54,297 bases of DNA from Candidatus Desulfacyla sp. GTDB lineage: Bacteria > Desulfobacterota > DSM-4660 > Desulfatiglandales > Desulfatiglandaceae. Below the pieces are notes generated by a model. That model was given only the letters and a program-made list of their open reading frames with translations, did no database searches and was not told the origin of the DNA. Each line of letters opens with the position of its first letter. Position 1 is the stretch's first letter. Both the position numbers and the translations under genes were made by a program. Below, in pieces: positions 16,185 through 25,232 of the stretch. The stretch lies in contig JAWOIH010000214.1 in assembly GCA_046484725.1 (NCBI GenBank), forward strand, positions 1 to 54,297. The letters run 5' to 3'.

Positions 16185-16762
16185 CAGACCTCCTTGAATG
16201 CCCTGATGATCCGGGCCTCCATTTCTCCCGGAAGGGGTTCGCCCGACTTCTTGTCAATGGCGTGGACCTGGAAATCTCCGTCCACGGATACGTAGACCGT
16301 GATGGTGCCCGGCGTCAGGGTAATGGAGTTGGCGAAGATAACCAGGGGAAGATCGTCTTTGAGTTTGCTCTGGAATCGAATAATGCTCGGATCGATGAGG
16401 TCCATCATCCTGGGGTGAAGCACCACATAGAGGATATGGAAATTGGCCATGAGAATTTGATAGAGAAGCCACGGGATATACGCGGCTATCCGGAGCCCGA
16501 GGCGAATCAGGCCCGTTATCTTCGCTCCAGGAAAGAGGAGATCGCCGGAAAAGAACGTGACGATGAGGCATGAGATGACCCCTAATGTCATGTGGAAGGA
16601 GTCAAACTGGCCGGAAAGGATGAGCCAGAGGGAGAACAGAATAAAGAATGTCAGGATACGGGGAAAGATCTTACGGGTCGGCCGGCGGGACCGGGCAGCA
16701 CCGGATACTGAAGCCTTTCGCAGTGGGCGACGGGGTGCGTTTATCTGGGTATGGACCTCCAA
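16184..16762 (-). CDS. mrpE: Mrp antiporter subunit E
   Basis: 192 aa, with ANSITLTPGTITVYVSVDGDFQVHAID. TTG start with AAGGAG SD. Confidence 0.8.
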   Translation of the reverse strand: MEVHTQINAPRRPLRKASVSGAARSRRPTRKIFPRILTFFILFSLWLILSGQFDSFHMTLGVISCLIVTFFSGDLLFPGAKITGLIRLGLRIAAYIPWLLYQILMANFHILYVVLHPRMMDLIDPSIIRFQSKLKDDLPLVIFANSITLTPGTITVYVSVDGDFQVHAIDKKSGEPLPGEMEARIIRAFKEV

Positions 16763-16892
16763 GTACCCGCTCCTTTCAAGAGATTCCTTGAGAACAGCTA
16801 CTTCTGCACACTCTCGATGCCCGGCCCTGCTGATCCGAAAGAAGTCCTGGGTTCAGAACCAGGCATTCACGTCCATAAAAGACTCTACACGA

Positions 16893-18047
16893 TTAGGAGA
16901 CAGGGAGTCTGATGAAAAAGGTCGTACCTTTTCCCGCCTCGGTTTCAAACGACAAACTACCTCCCAGTTTTCTGATGATGTTCCGGCAGATGGGAAGGCC
17001 GAGGCCCGTCCCCTTGCCAGGCGGTTTGGTGGTAAAAAAAAGATCGTACATCCGGGTTCGATTTTCTTCGGGAATGCCGGTGCCGTTGTCGGATATCCTG
17101 ATTTCGATCATGGATTCATCTCTCGCGGTTTCAATCTCGATCCGCCCCCCCCGCTCCTCCTTTTCCTTCACGGCATAGACAGCGTTTGACATGAGATTGA
17201 CCAGGATCTGCTCCAGCATCTGCTTGTCCGTGTCCATCAGGAGTGGGCCTTCCATCAGATTCAGCACCACCTCGATCTCCTTGTATTTAAGCTCCGGGTT
17301 CAGAAACGAAACCGTTTCCTCCAAGAGTCTGTGGATATCTATGGCTGTCCTCGAAGGCTCTGAATCCCTTACAAAACTTAATAGTTGATGGGTGATGCTC
17401 CGGCAACGTCTCGTCTGTTCCCTGATATGCTGGACCGCTGTTTCTATCTCTTCGCGGTCTTCAGTGTTGAGTCCCTTGGCATCCGCTGCCACGGCCCCGA
17501 TCCAACCGGAAATTTCGGCGATAACGGCGATCGGGTTGTTGATCTCATGGGCAATACCCGATGCCGTCCGGCCGATTTCGGCCAGTCTGTCAACCCGGAT
17601 GAGATCCTCCTGGAGTTGTTTCCACTGGGTGATATCCCGCGAGATGCCCACGCTCCCGACGATCTCTCCTTTGGTATTGGTAAGGGCGATCAGAGAGATA
17701 TCACAGTAAATGGTGTGCCCGTCCTTGTGCTGAAACGGAAATTCCAGGCGGACCGCACTCCCCTCCGCCTGAGAGACAGCCGCCAGATTTTCAAATTCCG
17801 ATGGGTCAACTGCCAGATCCCTGACGGGCCGACCGGCCACCTCCTCCCAGGGATAGCCCAGTGCCTTTTCTCCGCCGCTGCTGAATGAGACCAAGATACC
17901 ATCGACATCCGTGGCAAAAACCATATCATTGGAGTTTTGAAGAATGCACTGAAGGTATCTCCGGGTCTGCAAAAGTTCCTTTTCGTGACTCAAGATCTCT
18001 TGAGAGCGGTCTCTCGATCGGCATAAAAAAGGATCAGTCGATTCCAT
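16893..18047 (-). CDS. soluble PAS-domain sensor histidine kinase
   Basis: PAS region (MVFATDVDGILVSFSSGGEKALGY), H-box GIAHEINNP, N-box NLMSNAVYA, G-boxes DNGTGI and GKGTGLGL. Confidence 0.85.
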   Translation of the reverse strand: MESTDPFLCRSRDRSQEILSHEKELLQTRRYLQCILQNSNDMVFATDVDGILVSFSSGGEKALGYPWEEVAGRPVRDLAVDPSEFENLAAVSQAEGSAVRLEFPFQHKDGHTIYCDISLIALTNTKGEIVGSVGISRDITQWKQLQEDLIRVDRLAEIGRTASGIAHEINNPIAVIAEISGWIGAVAADAKGLNTEDREEIETAVQHIREQTRRCRSITHQLLSFVRDSEPSRTAIDIHRLLEETVSFLNPELKYKEIEVVLNLMEGPLLMDTDKQMLEQILVNLMSNAVYAVKEKEERGGRIEIETARDESMIEIRISDNGTGIPEENRTRMYDLFFTTKPPGKGTGLGLPICRNIIRKLGGSLSFETEAGKGTTFFIRLPVS

Positions 18048-18528
18048 AGATTTTTCGCAATTTATTCATCGCGTTTTTAATCCCTCTCGCCCCCATTCCG
18101 GACCGGTAAATACTCTCAACTTCCTCTCGAAATTTGGCGTTCTGCAACTGGACCTTTGTCTCATACGCCTCTCGGATGGTTTGCACCAGGTTTTCATACT
18201 CAATGGGTTTAAGAAGATATTTGAAAGCATCCTGCTTGCCGCTCTCCAGGGCGGAATCGAGGGTGCCATGGCCCGTGAGGACGATGCTCTGGAGGAATGG
18301 CTGGAGCTTCTTCAATTTCATTTGGGTCTCCACACCGTCCATCCCAGGCATCTTGAGATCCACTACCGCCACATCAAAGTCGTTGTCGCTGGCCACCTCT
18401 ACCGCTTCCTCTCCGGAGAAGGAAGCCTTTACCGTAAAACCCTCCCGCAGAAGGCGTTTTGAAAGGTATTCGATGAGGGTCTCTTCATCATCAATCAGCA
18501 GCACTCTTATGTCGGGTTTATCGTTCAT
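18034..18528 (-). CDS. single-domain (CheY-like) response regulator with a short C-terminal tail
   Basis: MNDKPDIRVLLIDDEE...DVAVVDLKMPGMDG...KP. AAGGAG SD before ATG 18528. The longer track ORF start is rejected. Confidence 0.85.
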   Translation of the reverse strand: MNDKPDIRVLLIDDEETLIEYLSKRLLREGFTVKASFSGEEAVEVASDNDFDVAVVDLKMPGMDGVETQMKLKKLQPFLQSIVLTGHGTLDSALESGKQDAFKYLLKPIEYENLVQTIREAYETKVQLQNAKFREEVESIYRSGMGARGIKNAMNKLRKIYGID

Positions 18529-18598
18529 GGCTGGCTCCTTGGATTCGGTAACTAATTGATACAGACGGGTTGAATCGAAGACGGCAATTTTGTCTCTT

Positions 18599-18627
18599 TT
18601 TGTACGCTCCGTATCCCGTTTTGTCAA
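18599..18627 (-). promoter_or_regulatory. putative sigma70 promoter of the RR-HK-mrp unit
   Basis: Minus strand reads TTGACA (18622-18627), 17 nt, TACAAA (18599-18604). Confidence 0.4.
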
Positions 18628-18686
18628 TCTTTTTCGGTAGGAGGCCCTTCCGGCAGGTCGCCCGACCGCAAATCCAGGCAACCCCC

Positions 18687-18713
18687 TTGCAAAAATCGAT
18701 GACTTGATATAAT
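18687..18713 (+). promoter_or_regulatory. putative promoter with extended -10 for the dehydrogenase gene
   Basis: TTGCAA (18687-18692), 15-nt spacer, TGaTATAAT (18705-18713). Confidence 0.4.
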
Positions 18714-18769
18714 TGAACGTCATGGATCTCGTAACAAGAATTTGCTGCAAACTCTGGTGACGGAAAACG

Positions 18770-19714
18770 ATGAAAAAAAACTGTCTCCTCATCCTAACTC
18801 GGGATCCGGATCCCTATGTCCGGTTGATCGCGGCACTCGACCTCGCCGATCTGGATGTCAAGGCCTGCAGTAAGTCCCAGGAGGCGGCAACTCATATTGA
18901 GGCCTGTAATATCATTTTAGGGGAGCCAAAACGGATTGTTCCGCTGCTGGGCGATGCCAGGCGCCTTGCGTGGATTCAATCCACCTTTGCCGGCGTCGAG
19001 GCGCTGGTCACCCATCCAGAACGCACCGATTACCTCCTTACCCGTGTCGAGGGGATATTCGGACCGCTTATGAGCGAATATGTGTTTGCCTATATCCTTG
19101 CCCTGGAGCGAAGACTTTTAGAGACCCATGAAAATCAGAAGAACAGGGCCTGGCAGGATATGCCCTACCGGTGCCTGAGCGGTCTGCTCCTCGGCATTTG
19201 CGGGCTCGGGTCGATCGGCAGACACCTTGTGCGCACCGCAGGTTGTTTCGGCATGAAGGTGTGGGGGTACAGCCGTTCCGGGGAACCCGTTCCCGGTGTG
19301 GGTCGTGTCTTTGCCCATTCCGGGTTCACAAAATTCCTTTCCCGTCCCGATTATGTGGTGGTCACCCTTCCCCATACAACGGAGACCTTACACCTTTTTG
19401 AGGATACGGCGTTTCAGGCCATGAAACGATCGGCCGTGCTTATCAATGTGGGGAGAGGAGCGGTGGTTTCAGAGGACTCGCTGGTCCGCGCCTTGGTGCA
19501 ACAAGAGATACGGGGGGCGGTTCTGGATGTATTCGAACAGGAACCGCTCCCAAAAGAGAGCCGGCTCTGGGGATTGCCGAATGTCTTCATTACTCCGCAC
19601 CATTCCGCATGCAGTTTCCCAAAGGATGTCGTGCCGATTTTCGCCGAAAACTATCGCCGGTTTACGGCCGGTTTGCCTCTCAGATATGTCGTTGATTTTG
19701 TTAAAGGATACTGA
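18770..19714 (+). CDS. D-isomer-specific 2-hydroxyacid dehydrogenase family protein
   Basis: GICGLGSIGRHL NAD-binding motif, LINVGRGAVV, ITPHHS catalytic His region. Confidence 0.85.
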   Translation: MKKNCLLILTRDPDPYVRLIAALDLADLDVKACSKSQEAATHIEACNIILGEPKRIVPLLGDARRLAWIQSTFAGVEALVTHPERTDYLLTRVEGIFGPLMSEYVFAYILALERRLLETHENQKNRAWQDMPYRCLSGLLLGICGLGSIGRHLVRTAGCFGMKVWGYSRSGEPVPGVGRVFAHSGFTKFLSRPDYVVVTLPHTTETLHLFEDTAFQAMKRSAVLINVGRGAVVSEDSLVRALVQQEIRGAVLDVFEQEPLPKESRLWGLPNVFITPHHSACSFPKDVVPIFAENYRRFTAGLPLRYVVDFVKGY

Positions 19715-19716
19715 GA

Positions 19717-20256
19717 TTAGGCTTTGTAAGGCCTTCCATAGGATCCGTCAAACACCTTTTCGTAGGGGAGCGTTTCTCGGATATGAGGCGCCATCTTTTC
19801 AGCCGGATAACCGATGGCGACCACGGCCTCCACCTTCAGATGCCTGGGGATGTTTAGGATCTCGGAGATGTAGGCCTCCGCGGACATCTCTTCACTGTGC
19901 ATTCTGTCCCTGATCTGTATCCAGCAGCTTCCAAGACCCAGGGAATCGGCTGCCAGATGGATGAAGATGGCGGCGATGGATGCGTCCTCAATCCATACGC
20001 TGCTTTTGCCGGGGTCCGCACAGACGATGATGCCCAACGGCGCATTCTTGAGGAAGGTGGCCCCGTGGGGTTTGGCCGCTGAAAGTCTTTCGAGGATCTC
20101 AGGATGGGTGACAATGACGAACTCCCATGGGGTGTTCCCCATGGATGAGGGCGATCGAAGGGCCGCCTCCACCAGCAGCTCCAGTTTTTCGGCTTCCACC
20201 GGTTCTTGCGTATACCTTCGAATGCTCCTCCGTTTTCGAATAAGGGATAGAAACAT
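19717..20256 (-). CDS. nitroreductase family protein
   Basis: MFLSLIRKRRSIRRYTQEPVE...NTPWEF. AAGGAG SD before ATG 20256. Confidence 0.85.
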   Translation of the reverse strand: MFLSLIRKRRSIRRYTQEPVEAEKLELLVEAALRSPSSMGNTPWEFVIVTHPEILERLSAAKPHGATFLKNAPLGIIVCADPGKSSVWIEDASIAAIFIHLAADSLGLGSCWIQIRDRMHSEEMSAEAYISEILNIPRHLKVEAVVAIGYPAEKMAPHIRETLPYEKVFDGSYGRPYKA

Positions 20257-20277
20257 GGCGAAACTCCTTTCTTGCAA

Positions 20278-20308
20278 CGGTTCAGGGGTTCAAGGTTCAA
20301 CGGTTCAA
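20278..20308. repeat. GGTTCA-type word repeats
   Basis: CGGTTCAGGGGTTCAAGGTTCAACGGTTCAA. Confidence 0.8.
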
Positions 20309-20357
20309 ATTTTCCAACCCTATTTTGGCAGTTTATGTGGTGAGGAGAAGGAGGTCA

Positions 20358-20462
20358 ATGCCAAAAATCAGGAGATGGGAGACAGGGAAGGATTTCAGCC
20401 GGCGGCGTTTGGAAAAGAGGAGCGTGGGTGAACCGGAGGGCGAAGGCATTCGATGGGTTTAA
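20358..20462 (+). CDS. candidate 34-aa basic peptide
   Basis: AAGGAGG SD 4-5 nt before the ATG. MPKIRRWETGKDFSRRRLEKRSVGEPEGEGIRWV. No homology recognised. Confidence 0.25.
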   Translation: MPKIRRWETGKDFSRRRLEKRSVGEPEGEGIRWV

Positions 20463-20564
20463 AAAGGGATTTCTGGGCGTCCGAAGGAAATCTTCTTGCC
20501 TGAGACCGAAAAAGGCTGCTATGTTTATTTTTACCAACCCCAAACAAATGTGGAGGAGCAAGGC

Positions 20565-21002
20565 ATGAGAATTCCCTGTTATGTTACCGTGGAAGAGGTA
20601 AAGCGGGTCTGTAAGGAACTCAAGATCAGCGATTGGACCCAAAAGAAAGCATCGAAGGTGTCCCTGAAAGAGGCAACGATCCTTCTTGCCGAGATAAATA
20701 CCGGCAAGATGGCGATTGATCCCAAGGAGTTCCAGGCGGGTCTTGAGGTCGAGCTGGAGCACGGGATGCAGTTCAAGGATGCCAATGTGACCAACAATCA
20801 CCCCCTGCTGACCGGTCTTATCGTACTTGCCCACCTTAAGGAGTCTCTGGATTATTACAAGCTCCTGGAGGTGGCGGAGCTGGAGGGGGACTTGGTCAAG
20901 GCGATAGCGCGGGGCCAGTCGAAAAAGATCCGTGAATACTACGCAAGGCTTGCAAAGGCGAGGATTGCGCTCAGAAAAGCGGAGCTGGCACGGTTGGAAT
21001 GA
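20565..21002 (+). CDS. DUF5661-like protein
   Basis: GLEVELEHGMQFKDANVTNNHPLLTGLIVLAHLKESLDYYKLL pattern. GGAGGAG SD before ATG 20565. Confidence 0.55.
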   Translation: MRIPCYVTVEEVKRVCKELKISDWTQKKASKVSLKEATILLAEINTGKMAIDPKEFQAGLEVELEHGMQFKDANVTNNHPLLTGLIVLAHLKESLDYYKLLEVAELEGDLVKAIARGQSKKIREYYARLAKARIALRKAELARLE

Positions 21003-21030
21003 CCGGTTTTGGGGGCTTCTGTTTGAAACG

Positions 21031-22155
21031 ATGTGGGTTTCAGCGACATATATCTGCCCGGTGAGGGGGTTGGCGGATCTTGACCCCCCTGATCCGGCGT
21101 ATCTGGGACGTAACGCCGGGATTGCCCGAAGCCTGGGATTGGATCGTCTGACGATTCCGGTCCTGGAGGAATCCTTGTTGAGAGCGGACCGGCATAAGGT
21201 GCGATTCCTGGATGGACTCATTCGGGGATTGAACCGGGCCGAGGATGCAGGGATGAGCATCCAGCTGATGGCCTCGGCCCAGCGGATCCTCGGCGTGGAC
21301 TGGGTGGCCCCCTATCTCGTCAGGGGATCTCCGGATTCGAGGACCGCCCCGGTGTTTGTTGACGGCGCGCTGAGAACCCTGCGTCCCTTCCCGTGGTGGA
21401 CGGATCCTTCGATTATCGGGAAACGGCTCGAATGCCTTCGGGAATTGGCGGCTGCGCTCAGTGGGCATCCGGCCCTCAGCGGATGGATGATCATGGACCG
21501 GGCCCTCGAATGGCCCCGACCCGATCCTCAACTCGCTGATTTAGTTTTGAAATCGTATTGCGCCGAGATCAGGGCCCATGATGAAGCCATAGAGATAGGC
21601 CTCAGCCTCGGCGTGTCCGGGCTTCTGCATCCGCAGATGATTCAAATGCTGGCACGGCAGGTGGATACTCTCTGTCTGAGAGGCGTTGAGAACGGTCTCG
21701 ATGGATGGAAGCGGCGTTGTGATCCGGCAGAAGAGGTCTCTCTGGCAGCCTACCTCTGTTCCATGGGGCACTGGCTTTTTGGAAAACAGGTCTCACCGGA
21801 AATCGGATGGACGATGATGACGGATAGGGGCCTCGGGGAAGAAACGCTTGCGTCCGTCTCGGTCCTGGCGCGACAGGAGTCGCCCGGCGTCACATGGCTC
21901 AATCTGATAGACCCTGAAAACAGTCTCCTGTCACGGCCTCCTTGGAATCTTTGGCCCGGACTCGGAGAAACAGGGTTGCTGGATCGGGGGGGCGACCCAA
22001 AGGAGGGGGTTGAAACCCTGATCAGAGAGATCCGGTCCGACCCGCAGAAGGGGATGAAGCCGGATTTTATCGATATTGAAGAAGATGAGTACCTGGCTGA
22101 CCCCGAAACCCATCTCCGCAGGTTGTGGGACCACTTTCGGGAGGCGACGGGGTAG
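21031..22155 (+). CDS. hypothetical protein (~374 aa), family not recognised
   Basis: Long ORF with coding-like composition. ATG 21031 lies 26 nt after the upstream stop. Confidence 0.55.
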   Translation: MWVSATYICPVRGLADLDPPDPAYLGRNAGIARSLGLDRLTIPVLEESLLRADRHKVRFLDGLIRGLNRAEDAGMSIQLMASAQRILGVDWVAPYLVRGSPDSRTAPVFVDGALRTLRPFPWWTDPSIIGKRLECLRELAAALSGHPALSGWMIMDRALEWPRPDPQLADLVLKSYCAEIRAHDEAIEIGLSLGVSGLLHPQMIQMLARQVDTLCLRGVENGLDGWKRRCDPAEEVSLAAYLCSMGHWLFGKQVSPEIGWTMMTDRGLGEETLASVSVLARQESPGVTWLNLIDPENSLLSRPPWNLWPGLGETGLLDRGGDPKEGVETLIREIRSDPQKGMKPDFIDIEEDEYLADPETHLRRLWDHFREATG

Positions 22156-22201
22156 AGTCCCACTTCAGTTCCCAGCCTTGTCATCGGCCCTTCCACGAAT
22201 C

Positions 22202-23524
22202 TCATCTGAAAAGGCTTTGATGCAGGATCGGCACTACCCTGGCGATATCCTCGTCGTCGATGACCATGGAGAAATTGATGCTGTTGAGGCCCACGCTGAT
22301 CATGTGGATGGCGGCCCCCGCCCTCTCCGCAGCGGCCAGAATCTCGCCCCCAAGCCCCTTTTGATGAGAAAGGTCCGGACCGACCACTACGAGAATGGTC
22401 TTGCCCGTGTGGACCTGACAGTCGCCAAAGGGTTCCAGTTCCGGGAGGGCCTGCTTGAGGAGATCGGGCTTGTCCGTGGACAGGGAGATACTGATCTCGG
22501 ATGTGGAGATCACATCCACCACCACCCCCCATTTGGCAAGGACCTGAAAAACGCCGGCCAGATAACCGGCCTGCTGGAGCATGCCGGTCGAGGTAATGGT
22601 GAGAATGGCCTGACGTTCCTTGTAGGCCACGCTGGTCACCCCTGTGGTCTTGCGCTCCCCGTCCCGGTCGATGAGGGTGCCGGGGTGGTCCGGCCGGTTG
22701 GTGTTGAGGACCCGTACCGGGATGTTTCGTTCCATGGCCGGAAGGAGGGTGGAAGGGTGGAGAACCCGTCCCCCGAAGTGGGCCAGCTCAGCCGCCTCAT
22801 CGAACCGCATGCGAGGGATATTTCGGGCCTGAGGGACCACACTGGGGTCTGCGGTCATGACCCCGTCCGTGTCTGTCCATATCTCCACCTCCTCCGCATC
22901 TAAGGCCGCCCCGGCCAGCGTGGCGGTCAAATCGCTCCCATTCCGTCCGAGGGTTGTGATCTCCCCACTGGCGCTTTTGCCGATAAAGCCTGTCACTACC
23001 GGCAGCACATCCGGGGGGACCTTTTCGCGAAAGGCCTGTTGCATCCAGTCCCGAAAGCCTTGAAGGGGCCGGGCAGCCCCAAACTTCTCATCTGTGGTAA
23101 AGCCCAGATCCCACACATCAAAGGCCTGTGCCTTCAGGCCCTGACGGGTGAAAAAATCGGCAATACACCGTACAGACATGCGCTCACCAAAGCTGGAAAT
23201 ATAATCCAGGCTTCGAGGGCTCAGTTCCCTTACCAACCCGATACCGCGAAGCAGATCGCTGATTTCCTGAAAAAGCTCTGCCAGAATCCCTTTCGGGCAG
23301 CCCAGTCCGTCTGCGATCTCGGATTGCAGATCGATGACATCGGGCAGGCTATATTGCCGCCGCACAGCCCCCTTGGCGGAATTGATGAGGGCGTCCGTGA
23401 TCCCCTTGTGGGCCGAGCAGATCAGGACAGGCCTGCGTTCGAGCCGGGTTTTTACGATATCGAGGACCTTGCTGATCTGATCCAGGTTTGCAACCGAACT
23501 CCCTCCAAACTTCATGATGATCAT
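22202..23524 (-). CDS. lysC: aspartate kinase
   Basis: [17 protein letters not shown], amino-acid kinase fold, two C-terminal ACT-like segments. GGAG SD before ATG 23524. Confidence 0.9.
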   Translation of the reverse strand: MIIMKFGGSSVANLDQISKVLDIVKTRLERRPVLICSAHKGITDALINSAKGAVRRQYSLPDVIDLQSEIADGLGCPKGILAELFQEISDLLRGIGLVRELSPRSLDYISSFGERMSVRCIADFFTRQGLKAQAFDVWDLGFTTDEKFGAARPLQGFRDWMQQAFREKVPPDVLPVVTGFIGKSASGEITTLGRNGSDLTATLAGAALDAEEVEIWTDTDGVMTADPSVVPQARNIPRMRFDEAAELAHFGGRVLHPSTLLPAMERNIPVRVLNTNRPDHPGTLIDRDGERKTTGVTSVAYKERQAILTITSTGMLQQAGYLAGVFQVLAKWGVVVDVISTSEISISLSTDKPDLLKQALPELEPFGDCQVHTGKTILVVVGPDLSHQKGLGGEILAAAERAGAAIHMISVGLNSINFSMVIDDEDIARVVPILHQSLFR

Positions 23525-23566
23525 CTTGCTCTCCGCCAATGCGCTGCAAAGATTAACGTCAATGGA

Positions 23567-24088
23567 TCAGAGAGATCCATCCAGGTCATCGGCGACCGGC
23601 CGCTTGCAGGCGCGACAACGCTGGGCTCCCCTGAAGAGGGCTTCGCCGCAGGAAGGACAGTGATATCGCTCGCATTCGGCACGGGCCCATTCAACGCTCC
23701 CCTTTTCATCGCCGAGATCAGCCACCTTTTCACGCCACAAGGGGATCGCCCGCTTCATGACCCGAACGCCGGTGGCAAATACGAAGTTCTCGATCAGGCT
23801 GCACGGCCACGCATCGCACAAATGACACGAGTAAAATCCCTTTGATCGCACGCAATCCCGTATCTTGCACTGTGTGCAGAAACCGTAGAGTTTGTCCGGC
23901 GGATCCGGCTGCATGCAGCCGAGGCATTCGGTTTCCTCCGGCCGCGTCCCGTACAGGTTCGCCATGACGGTCCTGAATTTCTCGTTTCGGTCTCTCGTGG
24001 CAATGTATACGCCGCAGGTTCCGCAATAAAGGCCGCACGGGGCCATCAGATTTCTGTCTGCGAATTCCTCCTCGGTCCATCCTTTCAT
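23567..24088 (-). CDS. DUF3795 domain protein (Cys-rich)
   Basis: APCGLYCGTCGVY...CLGC...CKIRDC...CHLC pattern. AAGGAG SD before ATG 24088. Confidence 0.75.
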   Translation of the reverse strand: MKGWTEEEFADRNLMAPCGLYCGTCGVYIATRDRNEKFRTVMANLYGTRPEETECLGCMQPDPPDKLYGFCTQCKIRDCVRSKGFYSCHLCDAWPCSLIENFVFATGVRVMKRAIPLWREKVADLGDEKGSVEWARAECERYHCPSCGEALFRGAQRCRACKRPVADDLDGSL

Positions 24089-24105
24089 TGAGCGGTTCTC
24101 CTTGG

Positions 24106-24227
24106 CCGGATGCTCGTTGCTGATTACTCGTCGCTGGATGCTGGTTACCGGATGCTTGATAGCGGTCACTTGCTACTGGTTGGTGGTTGCTCGTCACTGT
24201 GAGCTTTCAGCTTTGAGCTTTCAGCTC
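24106..24227. repeat. composite word-repeat block, in reverse orientation relative to loci 12245 and 39030
   Basis: The reverse complement reads GCTGAAAGCTCAAAGCTGAAAGCTC...ACGAGCAACC..AACCAGTAGCAAG..AGCATCCGG..AGCATCCAGCG..AACGAGCATCCGG. Confidence 0.85.
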
Positions 24228-24284
24228 CATGCCGTTTTTTAAGGTTAGGCATCTGTAATCTCAGGCACTTCTCCGCCTTACGCC

Positions 24285-24701
24285 TCATACCTCTATGACC
24301 AGCCTGCCATCTTCAATGCGGACGGGCAAGACCTCGAGAGGGCCTTTGGCCGGGCCCGAGAGGACCTTGCCCGAATCGTCATAGGTCGATCGACCGATGC
24401 TGCAGCATTGCACGTGCCGGGTTCCGGGGACCGGATCCAGGCGCCGGCCTCCATGCATGCACCGGTTTTTGAAGGCATAATAGCGGCCATCGTTTCCGTG
24501 GATGAGAAGAAGGCGGTCTGGAGCCCCTTTTTTCTCGAGACGAACGGCCCGGTCAGGCTCGGCAAGCTCCGGGACACGACCCAGATCCACTACGGCCGTC
24601 TTGCCTTCCAAGGTCCAGCAGCCGGCGTCTGACGGTGGTTTTGTTGCGCATATCCCGAAGAGGCGTTGGATGATATTGCGTCGAAGGGGTTTGGTTTCCA
24701 T
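24285..24701 (-). CDS. Rieske-like [2Fe-2S] domain protein with an atypical second ligand box
   Basis: The CMHGG box is present. The second box reads QCCSIGRSTY instead of CxxH. Confidence 0.7.
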   Translation of the reverse strand: METKPLRRNIIQRLFGICATKPPSDAGCWTLEGKTAVVDLGRVPELAEPDRAVRLEKKGAPDRLLLIHGNDGRYYAFKNRCMHGGRRLDPVPGTRHVQCCSIGRSTYDDSGKVLSGPAKGPLEVLPVRIEDGRLVIEV

Positions 24702-24725
24702 GGGGCCAACCTCAAAAATTGAACT

Positions 24726-25223
24726 TCAGGCTGCGCAGTCCGTGGGGTCTCCTGCCAGTTTTGACAGGGCATGGTCCAGGGCCGGGAGCACCACGGAAAG
24801 ATTCTCTTCGGCACCGCGAGGGCTGCCGGGAAGATTGATGATGAGAGAGGCCTTTCTGACCCCGACCATTGCCCGTGAAATCATGGCATGGGGGGTCTTT
24901 TTGAGGCTTTCCGCCCTCATGGCCTCTGCCATCCCCGGCACCGGGTAATCGATCACCTGTTCCATGGCCTGGGGCGTCACGTCGGTGGGGCTGAGCCCGG
25001 TTCCACCGGATGTGACGATCAGGGGGAGACCGTCCATGTCCGCCCATCTGACAAGGGCATCCGCAATCTCCTGGCGATCGTCGGGGACGATGGCCAGGTG
25101 AACGACCTTAAATCCGTGGCCTTCAAGGATGCGGAGGACGGCCTTACCGCTCTCATCCCGGCGCAGACCTTTGGCGCCTTTGTCGCTGATGGTGAGGATC
25201 CCGGCCCTTATTTTCTTGTCCAC
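24726..25223 (-). CDS. MogA/MoaB-family molybdenum cofactor biosynthesis protein
   Basis: AGILTISDKGAKG...LIVTSGGTGLSPTDVTP...NLPGSPRGA. GTG start. Confidence 0.85.
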   Translation of the reverse strand: MDKKIRAGILTISDKGAKGLRRDESGKAVLRILEGHGFKVVHLAIVPDDRQEIADALVRWADMDGLPLIVTSGGTGLSPTDVTPQAMEQVIDYPVPGMAEAMRAESLKKTPHAMISRAMVGVRKASLIINLPGSPRGAEENLSVVLPALDHALSKLAGDPTDCAA

Positions 25224-25232
25224 GAGCGCTGT

